A stretch of DNA of 64,000 bases from positions 15,654 through 79,653 of the forward strand of contig JAUSGQ010000006.1 in NCBI GenBank assembly GCA_030674455.1. The letters run 5' to 3'. Made by a program: the position numbers and the translations under genes. The stretch comes from a bacterium. GTDB taxonomy: Bacteria; Patescibacteriota; Minisyncoccia; Phycocordibacterales; UBA2100. Under the pieces are notes generated by a model that worked only from the letters and a program-made list of their open reading frames with translations, did no database searches and had not been told where the DNA came from. Below, piece by piece: positions 10,851-20,700 of the stretch. Positions within the stretch are counted from its first letter, which is position 1. Each line of letters starts with the position of its first letter.

Positions 10851-12098
10851 CTACACGTTGTTTCCGGCGACGTAGCCCGTTGTCCAGCACATCTGAAGCG
10901 AATATCCGCCCGATGGGCGATTAATGTCCAAGACGTCGCCGGTCAGGTACAGATTCTTTACAATTAGCGACCCACAGGTGCGCGTGTCGACTTCGGAGAG
11001 TGGCACGCCTCCGTCTGAAATGACGGCACGGTCGAATCCCATAAGGCCGGTTATGGTAAGAGGCGCGCCTTTCAAAATATGCACCAGCCGTTTGCGTTCT
11101 TCTTTCGTAACGCTGTGAGATTTTATATTCGGTTCTGTTAGCGCCATCAATCGAGAAACTGCGCGCGCCATTCCCGCAGGCGCGACTTTCTCCAACACAT
11201 TCTTGAAATCTTTATTTTTGTTCGCATCAATTTCAGAAAGAAGGTTCTTTTCCAGTTCGGCAAAATCCGTATCCGGGAACATATCTATCATTGCCGTTAC
11301 ATCGCCCTCCGAAAGCAGCTGGCCGACCTTACTTGCGCTATTCAATATAAGAGGGCCGGAAAGTCCGAAGTGGGTAAACAGAAGCGGACCTGTTTTCGAG
11401 AACGCCTTTTTTCCATCAGTAAAAAATGTGATTTTCATGTTTGAAAGAGTCACGCCGGGTTGAGCTTTGACCCATGCTTCATGTACTTTGATGGGAACAA
11501 TCGTCGGGGTTGCCGGTTGTATAGCGTGGCCGAGAGATGCAAGCCACTTGAATCCGTCGCCGGTAGAACCGGTTTCCGGATGCGAAACGCCTCCGGTTGC
11601 GATAACAAAACTATTCGCAGTATATATACCTCGAGAAGTTATCGCTTCAACAATCAGGCCATTTTCAGCATGCAAGTCATTTACAGTTGTTTTTGTGAGG
11701 ACATCAACATGATTATCCGCAAGATATTTCTTTAACACTTTCGTAACGTCTGTAGCTTTTTGCGTTTCAGGAAATGCGCGCTTACGCGCCTCCGTCACAA
11801 GAGGAAGCCCGCATCGAGAGAAGAAGTCAAAGGTATCTTGCACGCCGTATACCGAAAGCGGGGAATAGAGAAACTGCTGCGCCTCGCCGTAATTCTTGAG
11901 AAATGCGTGCTTATCAAATTCCGCGTTCGTAATATTGCATCGTCCGCCGCCGGTGATATTGAGTTTCTTTCCCACCTCGGAATTCTTTTCGATGAGCAAA
12001 ACGGATTTCCCGCGCTCTCCCGCACGCCCGGCCGCCATCATTCCGGAAGCTCCGCCGCCGATTACGATGACGTCATATTTTTCTACTGTGCCTCTCAT
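10851..12098 (-). CDS. HI0933-like (BaiN/aminoacetone-oxidase family) FAD-dependent oxidoreductase
   Basis: YDVIVIGGGASGMMAAGRAGERGKSVLLIEKN Rossmann dinucleotide motif. Start placed at the internal Met; the track ORF extends to 12173. Confidence 0.8.
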   Translation of the reverse strand: MRGTVEKYDVIVIGGGASGMMAAGRAGERGKSVLLIEKNSEVGKKLNITGGGRCNITNAEFDKHAFLKNYGEAQQFLYSPLSVYGVQDTFDFFSRCGLPLVTEARKRAFPETQKATDVTKVLKKYLADNHVDVLTKTTVNDLHAENGLIVEAITSRGIYTANSFVIATGGVSHPETGSTGDGFKWLASLGHAIQPATPTIVPIKVHEAWVKAQPGVTLSNMKITFFTDGKKAFSKTGPLLFTHFGLSGPLILNSASKVGQLLSEGDVTAMIDMFPDTDFAELEKNLLSEIDANKNKDFKNVLEKVAPAGMARAVSRLMALTEPNIKSHSVTKEERKRLVHILKGAPLTITGLMGFDRAVISDGGVPLSEVDTRTCGSLIVKNLYLTGDVLDINRPSGGYSLQMCWTTGYVAGNNV

Positions 12099-12186
12099 GG
12101 ACAAGGTATAACAGGATTCGGTGTATCGAGCGAGAGCCCGAGTTCTTATTTGCTTATTCGCGCGAATAAGCAAGTATTACGTAGAA

Positions 12187-12215
12187 TTTGACGGACTTAA
12201 GCAAACGTGATATTA
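12187..12215 (+). promoter_or_regulatory. sigma70-type promoter TTGACG-N17-TATTAT
   Basis: Consensus -35/-10 with 17-nt spacer. An ATG lies about 10 nt downstream, which would make a leaderless transcript. Confidence 0.5.
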
Positions 12216-12224
12216 TGAACTTTA

Positions 12225-12402
12225 TATGACACCAGCAAAAACACCAGCAAAAACATTTCAATGGCGAGGCAAATTTGTCGCCAAACCGGAGCGCGAAAAG
12301 GCGCCCGTTTGCGCCTGTGGAAATAAGTACCTAAAGACCCGCAAGAATCAGAAGGAGTGCTTGCGGTGCATCCTGAATAAGAACAGAACTCCGGTCAGGT
12401 AA
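12225..12402 (+). CDS. small (about 58 aa) Cys4 zinc-ribbon protein, leaderless; below the ORF-track size cutoff
   Basis: MTPAKTPAKTFQWRGKFVAKPEREKAPVCACGNKYLKTRKNQKECLRC... read directly from sequence. Followed by a 15-bp-stem hairpin at 12408-12441. Confidence 0.3.
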
Positions 12403-12407
12403 TTTCT

Positions 12408-12441
12408 GGCAGTCTGACTGCCAAACGGCAGTCAGACTGCC
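12408..12441. terminator. hairpin GGCAGTCTGACTGCC-AAAC-GGCAGTCAGACTGCC
   Basis: Perfect 15-bp stem. Its AGTCTGACT core is shared with hairpins at 17389-17440 and 50610-50660. Confidence 0.45.
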
Positions 12442-12598
12442 TTAATCTCGTGCTAGAATGGAGCATTACAAGAACGGATAAATTTCACATGGCAAAAAAG
12501 AAAAAGAGGAATTACTCAAAGGTCCCGGGCGGAAAGCGCCGGATGAGACATAGGTAATTTCGCAGGTATCGGGAAAGGTGTTTGCTTGTTAAAATAAT

Positions 12599-13336
12599 GT
12601 GATGGAGTATCAGTACACGTACTTACTTCTAGGCGCGTTTTTCGTTGCAGGCTGGTTTTTCCTATACATCAGAAGAAAAGACGAGCGCCGCGAACTTTTG
12701 ATGCTCTCTTCCATGTTTGCAGTATTCGGCGTCGCCTCTGACTTTTTGTACATTCAAGACTGGTGGACACCGCTCAGTGTTCTTGGAACACCTCCATTTA
12801 CCGGAGAGTCACTCATCACTGCCTTTGGGATTGTCGGAGTCGGTGCGGTTTTACCTGAATATTTACTCCGTCTAAAAGACACGTCGTGTGGACGTGTTTT
12901 TACACACAGAGAGGTTAGAGTGTTATGCATTTCTGTTTTCACGATGGCCATACTCTTTTATGGGAGTTTTTATTTGTTGGGTGTAAACAGCTTAGTGGCG
13001 ACAATTTTGGCGCTGGCAATCCCCACTGCTTTTATGTGGGGTAGCAGACCTGATCTCATATCAACTGCTTTTATCAACGGACTAGCCCTAGTCGTTTTTA
13101 CGGTCGTAATTTATACAGCAGTTGAGTTTATAACACCAGGATGGGTAAATGCATTTTTTTTATTTAAAAATACTCCACATATCATTTTACTAAACGTACC
13201 AATTGATGACGTGGTTTTTTATTTCTGCGCGGGATTATTTTTCGGAACTTTTTATGAGTGGTGGCAGGGTATCAAAAGAGTCCCCTTACGGAATAAAAGT
13301 AAGAAAATTAGGCCTGTCTTTTTGTCGTGTAAGTAG
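12599..13336 (+). CDS. polytopic membrane protein of unknown function
   Basis: 245 aa with about 7 hydrophobic helices. Confidence 0.5.
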   Translation: MMEYQYTYLLLGAFFVAGWFFLYIRRKDERRELLMLSSMFAVFGVASDFLYIQDWWTPLSVLGTPPFTGESLITAFGIVGVGAVLPEYLLRLKDTSCGRVFTHREVRVLCISVFTMAILFYGSFYLLGVNSLVATILALAIPTAFMWGSRPDLISTAFINGLALVVFTVVIYTAVEFITPGWVNAFFLFKNTPHIILLNVPIDDVVFYFCAGLFFGTFYEWWQGIKRVPLRNKSKKIRPVFLSCK

Positions 13337-13396
13337 GCCGATGCTTTTCTCGGGAAAAAGAACGCTACCCGCTTTTCTGTGTGATATATTATTTGC

Positions 13397-13699
13397 ATGG
13401 ATAATCTAAAAGACGAACTCCGAAGCAAAGTTCTCGCATATATCGGCGGAGGTTTCGGATTGGTCGCAGGCCTCGCATGGAATGATGCGATAAAGGAATT
13501 GATCCAATATTTATTCCCGCTGGCAACGGATACATTACGAGCTAAATTTATTTATGCCGCCCTCATTACTGTAGTTGTGGTTGTGATTATCACGTATCTT
13601 GAAAGAATTTTTAATAAACCAGTACCGTGCATAGAGGAAAAGCCGGTCAAGAATGAAGATGGTCATCTTCTGGCCTCGGATTTTCCGAGTACTCAATGA
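13397..13699 (+). CDS. small membrane protein
   Basis: 100 aa with a GGGFGLVAGLAW segment and a TM helix. Confidence 0.4.
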   Translation: MDNLKDELRSKVLAYIGGGFGLVAGLAWNDAIKELIQYLFPLATDTLRAKFIYAALITVVVVVIITYLERIFNKPVPCIEEKPVKNEDGHLLASDFPSTQ

Positions 13700-13780
13700 A
13701 AATGTGGAGAGACACTCCTGTCACTTTCTGAAATCTTTTTGTAAGGAGTATCAAAAATTGCCGTCTTAATCTATACTTCA

Positions 13781-15091
13781 GTGATGAATACAATAATCAA
13801 ACAAAAATCCTTCATGAACTCACAGAATTCTTTTTTAAGAATTCTGGTCTTTTTTGTTTTTGTACTTATTCCCGCCGGAACAAACGCGTTGACGACTAGC
13901 CCAAAGGTTGAAGTCTCCGGCTGGATTCCATATTGGCGGACGGCGACGGGAACCGCGGATGCGATGCAGCATCTTGATGTGTTTACGGAAATCAACCCCT
14001 TCGTGTATACGGTGAAGCTTGATGGCACTTTGTATGATGCCGGCAAAATGGGCGAGGAACCATGGCTCTCTTTGCAAAAAGCGGCTCAGGCCAAAAAGAT
14101 TCGCTACATCCCCACTGTCATGTGGTCTAACGCTGAAGCGATGCATAGAATATTGAGCAAACAGAAAACGCGCATCGCGCTTGAGGATGAAATTACGGCT
14201 CTCGTTAAAGAAAAAGGATTCGACGGGATTGACATTGATTTCGAAGGGAAAAAAGCTGAAACAAAAACTTACTTTTCCACATTCTTGAAAGGACTCTATC
14301 AGAGGATGGGAAAGAAATGGGTCATGTGTACAATCGAATCGCGCACACCGATTGCCGACAGATACTTTGGCGTGACTCCGCCAAAAGATGCCGGCATATA
14401 TTCCAATGATTTTGTAGCTATCAATAAATATTGCGACCGGGTCCGCATCATGGCATACGACCAGCAGGGAATAGACCTCGCTCTCGCAGACAAACATAAA
14501 AGCGAATTGTACGCGCCGGTGGCCGACACAGAGTGGGTAGAGAAAACAATGAAGTTCATCGCAAAAACAATCAGCAAAAAGAAACTGGTAATTGGTGTGC
14601 CGACGTATGGTTACGAATATGATGTGACCGCATACGCAGATGGTTACGTCTACGACCTTCTCTGGTCATTCAATCCCGGATATGCGCTCCCCATCGCGAA
14701 GGCATATGGATTGTCGCCTGTGCGAAGCAGTACCGGTGAATTGAATTTTTCATATACGCCGACGTCCACGATTGCTTCGCTTCCGCCACCGGAAGCTTCC
14801 ACGACCCCCGTAATGATTTCCGCGGACGAAACGTCGGCATCCGGACTCCCGCCCTCTGAAGCATCGACGACTCCAATGACCGCACTGACCTTGGGGAATG
14901 AAGCCGCGAAATTCGCTCTCTATATCGCAAGCTCGACCAATACGCATCTTACATTCCGCAGTATGTGGTGGAGCGATGCGGAAGCGATAAAAAGGAAAAT
15001 CGAGCTGGCAAAAAAACTCGGCGTGCGCGGCATCGCGATTTTCAAGATAGACGGGGGAGAGGATCCGGGGATTTGGAATGTTTTGAAGTAA
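13781..15091 (+). CDS. secreted glycoside hydrolase family 18 (chitinase-like) protein
   Basis: Signal peptide. GH18 catalytic motif DGIDIDFE (DxxDxDxE). Ser/Thr/Pro-rich linker with repeated PPPEASTTP / PPSEASTTP. Confidence 0.75.
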   Translation: MMNTIIKQKSFMNSQNSFLRILVFFVFVLIPAGTNALTTSPKVEVSGWIPYWRTATGTADAMQHLDVFTEINPFVYTVKLDGTLYDAGKMGEEPWLSLQKAAQAKKIRYIPTVMWSNAEAMHRILSKQKTRIALEDEITALVKEKGFDGIDIDFEGKKAETKTYFSTFLKGLYQRMGKKWVMCTIESRTPIADRYFGVTPPKDAGIYSNDFVAINKYCDRVRIMAYDQQGIDLALADKHKSELYAPVADTEWVEKTMKFIAKTISKKKLVIGVPTYGYEYDVTAYADGYVYDLLWSFNPGYALPIAKAYGLSPVRSSTGELNFSYTPTSTIASLPPPEASTTPVMISADETSASGLPPSEASTTPMTALTLGNEAAKFALYIASSTNTHLTFRSMWWSDAEAIKRKIELAKKLGVRGIAIFKIDGGEDPGIWNVLK

Positions 15092-15174
15092 GGGGTTTTT
15101 CGTTGGCGTTGGAAGTTGTCTATGCGTCACTTGCCAACTTGTGAATCTCAGCAGGTATCTGTTACGATGTACAT

Positions 15175-15417
15175 ATGCGACGTTTTTTTCTCACTATAGG
15201 GTTTGTTTCGGTACTTATCCTTGTTGTCGGTTTTTTCCCACAGAGTAATGAAATTCCTGCGTTGTTTGGATGTGTCCAAGATCCACGTGCTTCGTTTCTG
15301 TCTCCCTGTTTATTGCAGTGGGGCTTAATTTCTGGCGGACTCGCTGTTATTGGAATCATCACATCTCTTGGTTATTTCATTTTTCTTAGACTACGTCGAT
15401 ATAAGCACTCAGAATAG
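15175..15417 (+). CDS. small two-TM membrane protein
   Basis: 80-aa hydrophobic ORF. Confidence 0.3.
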   Translation: MRRFFLTIGFVSVLILVVGFFPQSNEIPALFGCVQDPRASFLSPCLLQWGLISGGLAVIGIITSLGYFIFLRLRRYKHSE

Positions 15418-15461
15418 AAGCACTCCTCCTTTTGGGGGTCGTCGTAAAATAGACAAAAACA

Positions 15462-15490
15462 TTGACGCGGAGCGTTTTTTTCGCTATGAT
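15462..15490 (+). promoter_or_regulatory. sigma70-type promoter TTGACG-N17-TATGAT upstream of typA
   Basis: Consensus hexamers with 17-nt spacer, 44 nt before the start codon. Confidence 0.5.
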
Positions 15491-15533
15491 GTTGGCTAAT
15501 TCTCGGCGCTCCCGGGTTTTTTAATTTCTCTAT

Positions 15534-17375
15534 ATGGAGATTCGTAACATAGCTATTATTGCCCACGTCGACCATGGGAAGACTACGCTCACCGATGCGC
15601 TTTTGCGGCAGACGGGTGTTGCCGAGGAAGGGGTTTCGATGGACTCAAACGCTTTGGAACTTGAACGAGGCATTACAATTTATTCCAAGAACGCGGCGAT
15701 TCCTTATCGCGACACAAAGATAAATATTGTTGACACTCCCGGCCACGCCGATTTCGGAAGCGAAGTGGAGCGAGTCTTGCGCTCCATTGATTCGGTGCTT
15801 CTCGTCGTTGACGCGCAGGAAGGCCCGATGCCGCAGACGCGTTTTGTTCTCAAGAAATCTCTGGAGCTTGGAATAAAACCAATCGTTGTAATAAATAAAA
15901 TTGACAAGCCGGCGGCCGACCCCGCGCGCACGGAAGAGCAAGTACTGGAACTTTTTATGGAGCTCGGAGCTTCCGACGAGCAGACTAATTTTCCAGTCGT
16001 CTACACCATCGGCAAACAGGGAATCGCAAAAAATAAACTTACTGACGAATCAAAAGATTTGACTCCGCTTTTGGAAACAATTCTCGCTCACGTTCCTGCT
16101 TCGGACCCCGCCAAAAAAACTGCGCCATTGCGTCTTCAGCCGTTCAACCTCGGCTACGACAACTTCCTCGGGCGTCTCGCAGTCGCGCGCGTGTATGAAG
16201 GCACGTTAAAGAACAGCGACAATGTTTTCGTTAAGAAACCAAATGGAGAAACACGAAGCGGAAAAATTACGAAGATTTTCACGTTTCGCGGGTTGCGAAG
16301 AGTCGAAGTCGGCACTGCCGAAGCGGGCTTGCCCGCCGAAGCCTTGGCGGAGGCGGGCGACATTGTTCTAATCGCTGGCCTGCCGGATATTTACATCGGC
16401 GAAACGGTGACGACAGACGCAAACACAGAACCCCTGCCGGCGATTGAAGTCGACCCGCCGACTATCGCACTGAATTTTCTCGTCAACAATTCGCCATTCG
16501 CCGGGCGCGAGGGCAAATTCGTCACATCTCGCCAAATCCGCGAGCGCTTGGAGCGCGAGCTTGAAATTAACGTCGGATTGCGCATTGATTTTGCTCCGGA
16601 AAGAAGCGCGAATGATAGCGGACCAGAAGGATTTAAGGTTTCCGGCCGAGGCGAACTCCACATCGCGATTCTTTTGGAGCAGATGCGCCGAGAGGGTTAC
16701 GAACTTCAGGTCTCACAGCCGCAAGTCATTTTTCACGAGGAAAATGGCCAAAAACTTGAGCCTTTTGAGGAAACCATAGTGGATATTCCGAGCGTATATC
16801 AGGGCGTAATAATTGAGCGTTTGGGACAGCGCAAGTTCGTCATGAAGGATATGAAAATACACGAGAATCAGATGCGCATCACGTTTGAAGGCCCGACGCG
16901 CGGGCTTTTGGGCTACCGCAGTTCATTTATATTGGACACGAAGGGCGACGGCATTCTTGCGTCGCGAGTCATCGGCTTCAAGCCGTACGCGGGAGAAATA
17001 AAGAAACGCGCGGTCGGCTCCATGATTTCAATGACGACAGGGAAGGCGCTCGGATATTCTCTCTGGAATTTGCAGGACAGAGGCGTTCTTTACATAGTGC
17101 CCGCCACGGAAGTGTACGAGGGCATGGTGATAGGCAACACTTCGAAGGGTGAGGAGATGTCTGTGAACCCAACGAAGAACAAAAATCTCACGAACGTCCG
17201 CTCATCTTCTTCCGACGAGGCGCTCACGCTCGTGCCTCCGTTTGAATTAACTATCGAGCGCGGGCTTGAGGTCATGGCGGAAGACGAATATCTGGAAATC
17301 TCTCCCACGAGCGTCCGTTTAAGAAAACAGTTTCTGACAGAGATAGACCGCTCACGAGCGCAAAGGAGGGAATAA
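15534..17375 (+). CDS. typA: translational GTPase TypA/BipA
   Basis: AHVDHGKTTL, DTPGHADF, NKIDK plus EF-G-like domains. Carries an in-frame Element A copy at 16328-16357 (AGLPAEALAEAG). Confidence 0.95.
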   Translation: MEIRNIAIIAHVDHGKTTLTDALLRQTGVAEEGVSMDSNALELERGITIYSKNAAIPYRDTKINIVDTPGHADFGSEVERVLRSIDSVLLVVDAQEGPMPQTRFVLKKSLELGIKPIVVINKIDKPAADPARTEEQVLELFMELGASDEQTNFPVVYTIGKQGIAKNKLTDESKDLTPLLETILAHVPASDPAKKTAPLRLQPFNLGYDNFLGRLAVARVYEGTLKNSDNVFVKKPNGETRSGKITKIFTFRGLRRVEVGTAEAGLPAEALAEAGDIVLIAGLPDIYIGETVTTDANTEPLPAIEVDPPTIALNFLVNNSPFAGREGKFVTSRQIRERLERELEINVGLRIDFAPERSANDSGPEGFKVSGRGELHIAILLEQMRREGYELQVSQPQVIFHEENGQKLEPFEETIVDIPSVYQGVIIERLGQRKFVMKDMKIHENQMRITFEGPTRGLLGYRSSFILDTKGDGILASRVIGFKPYAGEIKKRAVGSMISMTTGKALGYSLWNLQDRGVLYIVPATEVYEGMVIGNTSKGEEMSVNPTKNKNLTNVRSSSSDEALTLVPPFELTIERGLEVMAEDEYLEISPTSVRLRKQFLTEIDRSRAQRRE

Positions 17376-17388
17376 GTGAATAGCACTC

Positions 17389-17440
17389 CACACAAGTCTG
17401 ACTTGTCTAACAAGTCAGACTTGTGTGGAGTGCAACGGAA
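17389..17440. terminator. 24-bp-arm perfect hairpin after typA
   Basis: GCACTCCACACAAGTCTGACTTGT-CTAA-ACAAGTCAGACTTGTGTGGAGTGC. Confidence 0.55.
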
Positions 17441-17490
17441 ATTGAAATGAAGGTGGGTGTGAAGGCAGTAAGACTACCTCATTTCTTGAT

Positions 17491-17530
17491 TCTAAAATAT
17501 CAGCTGTTCTGTGCCATGGCACAGAACAGC
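17491..17530. repeat. 17-bp-arm perfect palindrome ATCAGCTGTTCTGTGCC-ATGG-CACAGAACAGCTGAT
   Basis: Seen directly in sequence. Could be a terminator or a protein-binding site. Confidence 0.45.
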
Positions 17531-17744
17531 TGATGTGGATTTTGAGCATGTATTTTGCGCGAAGGTTTTTTAATATTCCTATCTTTTGATATTCCTTTTG
17601 CCCGCGTCGGAGTTATCCACTCTCACATCTTGTCGCTCGCGGAAAACAGAAGCACAATTGTAAGTACATAAATTATTATCGGGCGCTTGGCGCTCGATGT
17701 GTCGTTAGTCTTGAGAATTATTAATTATTAATAAATAAAATAGT

Positions 17745-20700
17745 ATGCAGAAGGTACATGGGTTCAGCGCGCGCGTGTTTCTTACCTCGTCCGCGATTTT
17801 GGTCGCGGCGATTTTATTATCAGCTTCCATGGTTAGCAAGGCGGACGCGGCCATAGGTCTCGATGTAACCGCATCACTCACCACTTTTAATCAGACAATC
17901 AAGGCCTCCAGCACGCCAACGGCAGTCATCGGGCTTAATCTTATAAGTGTAGCGAGTCCGGGTGTAGAGACCCTTGCATCCACAAGCATCGCCTTTTTTG
18001 GCGCGGGATTCGCGACCACTACTGACCTCGCGCCGCTCGGAACCGCTACGTCCTCCGGCGTAGCGCTCTATCGCGACGACGCTTCGGCGGGTACGCAGGG
18101 CGCTTTTGACGCATTCGACGACGTCGTTCCTCTTCAGAGCGCGTCGTGGGATGTCGCGGGCGCTACGACGACGTTATCATTCCTTACAAACGAAACAGTT
18201 CCAGTTAACGATACCGGCAACAACGCTGGCAACGACTACTTTATAGTAATACAGACCGCGGGGGGAGCTGTAAACCTTCATGCCTTTACGGCAAATATGT
18301 ATCCCGGCTCAATTCAATGGAACGCAAGTACGCCTACGGCGACTCCGATAGCATTGTCCACAAATACGGTAACGATAGACACAGCAGCGCCGACTCTAGA
18401 CACAAGCATGTCTGGACCAGCGAACGGTTCAACAGGTGTTCCTGTTTCCACCTTCATCCATCTCGGCTTCAGCGAGAACCTCGACCAGACGACACTGAAC
18501 CCGAACAACGTCACGCTTACTAGGGGCGGCAATGCGGTTGGAACGGCGATTCGTCCGTTTCCGAACGGCTTTGATTTGGTTGCATCCAGTCCTCCTACGT
18601 ACACGGCATCTTCGCGATTCGCGAAAGCAGACACGGTCAGCACCGGATTCTTCCAGATAAACGGCAGTAACCAGATATTCCCGCAGGGCGGATATTCGGC
18701 GCCGACGCGAGGAGACATCGTCTACACGCAAACGGATACTTTCCCGCCTGAAGTCGGAGTCATAACAAACGCCACTCTCACATCCGGCACCTTCGCGATA
18801 AACAACAACCCCGCGTTCCGTCCTCTACAGATAACCAAATTTGCTTCTCCAACGGTCGCGGGATACACGGGGGACGGCGCGGTTGTTGGAGTAGGCGATC
18901 TCCTTGTCGCGAATACTTCCGCAAAACCTTCCAACGTGCGTTACAACTGGCACATCGTAACGACAGGCCAGGCCCTTAACAATGCGGGCTTGCGCCTGGA
19001 CGGCGAAGATGCGGCTCCTACATACGCGACGACTACATTCGCGCGCCTTTTGCCCGCCGCGACCTCTACTATTGACGCATCGCAACTGTTCACAGCAACG
19101 ACTACCCTTATGGCCGGCGACCTTGTGTTTGCCAAAGTTGTGAGAGGCGGAGACAACCTGAATACATACGCGTGGCATCTTGTGACCACCGCAGAGACCA
19201 ACGATACAGTCACGGCGGCTCCGCCACAGGGAGCGACAGGTACTACGACCGCGCTTCGCCTAGACGGCGCGGCGGTCGCGCCGACATTCGCTGCGAGTTC
19301 AGTGGTTGCGGTTCTTGGTTTTGCCGCACAGGGGGTTCTTGACGGAGCAGTTGCACAGGATGCCACAGTTTTTAGTTTCGGGGACATAATGTTCGCAAAA
19401 ACAACAGATAATGCGGCCAATAACGGCTCTTATGCGTTCCACCTAGTGTCCAACGGCGCGACTGGCGCCACTTCTACCTCGCTCCGTCTTGACAACTCGG
19501 CGTCGAATCTTACTTCTTCCGCTTCCTATGTGATTACCGCGGGTACGGGTATAAAAGATTCCGCGGGCAACGCATTGGCCGCAACATCAACTATTACATT
19601 CACCACTGGCTCAACTGGCGGAACCAACACGACTCCTCCGGCGGTTCAAAACTCCCAACCGCAGGCGGGCAATCAATCGTTTGCTCCAAACGCTCCAATC
19701 AAGCTGATATTTTCTGTAGCTATGGAAGCGGGAAGCACAAGCGGGGCGAACTCGGTTACGAATACCGCCGTCGTCAAACTTTCAACAAGCGTGAACGGCA
19801 CGCCAACAACGCAGGTGACATCGGGCGTAACGAACAGCTACGACTCAACAACGAACACGCTGACAATCGCGCACACGAGCGCTCTTACAGTGAGTACTGA
19901 TTATGTAGTACAAGTGACAACCGCGGCAAAAAGTTCAACGGGCGCTTCGTTCCCGATGGAATATCGCCTCTACTTCAGGACAGGCACTGCTTCCGACAGC
20001 ACGGCGCCGACTATCCTCGGAGTCTCCCCGACAAATTCTTCGACGGGAGTTTCCATGAGCCCCGTTATTACAGCCGGATTCTCGAAAGACATGAATCCCG
20101 CGACGCTAACTACAACGACCGTAAAACTTGTGGAGACATTAAACAATAGCAATGCAGTTGCAGGAGGCGTTTCGTACAGCCCAAACAGCCGTTCCGTGAA
20201 CTTCGTTCCTTCTACCCCGCTTACAGCCAACACAGGATATTCATTCGTAATCGTTGGTGGTGCATCCGGCGTCACGGACCTCTCGAACAACGCTCTGGCG
20301 AGCCACTCCACTACAACCTTCACAACAACGGCAACCGTCGACGTCATCGCGCCTTCCGTCAACTTTGCCAACGCCGATGACTTCGGAATCGCTATCACGT
20401 TCTCCGAGCCGATGAAATCGGGAGGCGGTCCGAACGCCGCCGACAATGTCGCGAACTATACGCTTGAGAGTCCTACAGGCACCTCGATTTCTCTAGGAGG
20501 GAAAACCATAACGTATGACTCGGGCTCAAAAACCGCGCGCATCACGGGCTTGGCGCTTCAGAATGGCAACGGATACAAAGTTACTGTAGCGTTGCCGGTA
20601 CAAGACCTTGCCAGCAACGCTATTTCGATAGTCGGCACTCCAGCGGGCAACCTTGCCTTCGGTACTGTACAAAATTCCACAGCGACGGGCGGCCAGCTCG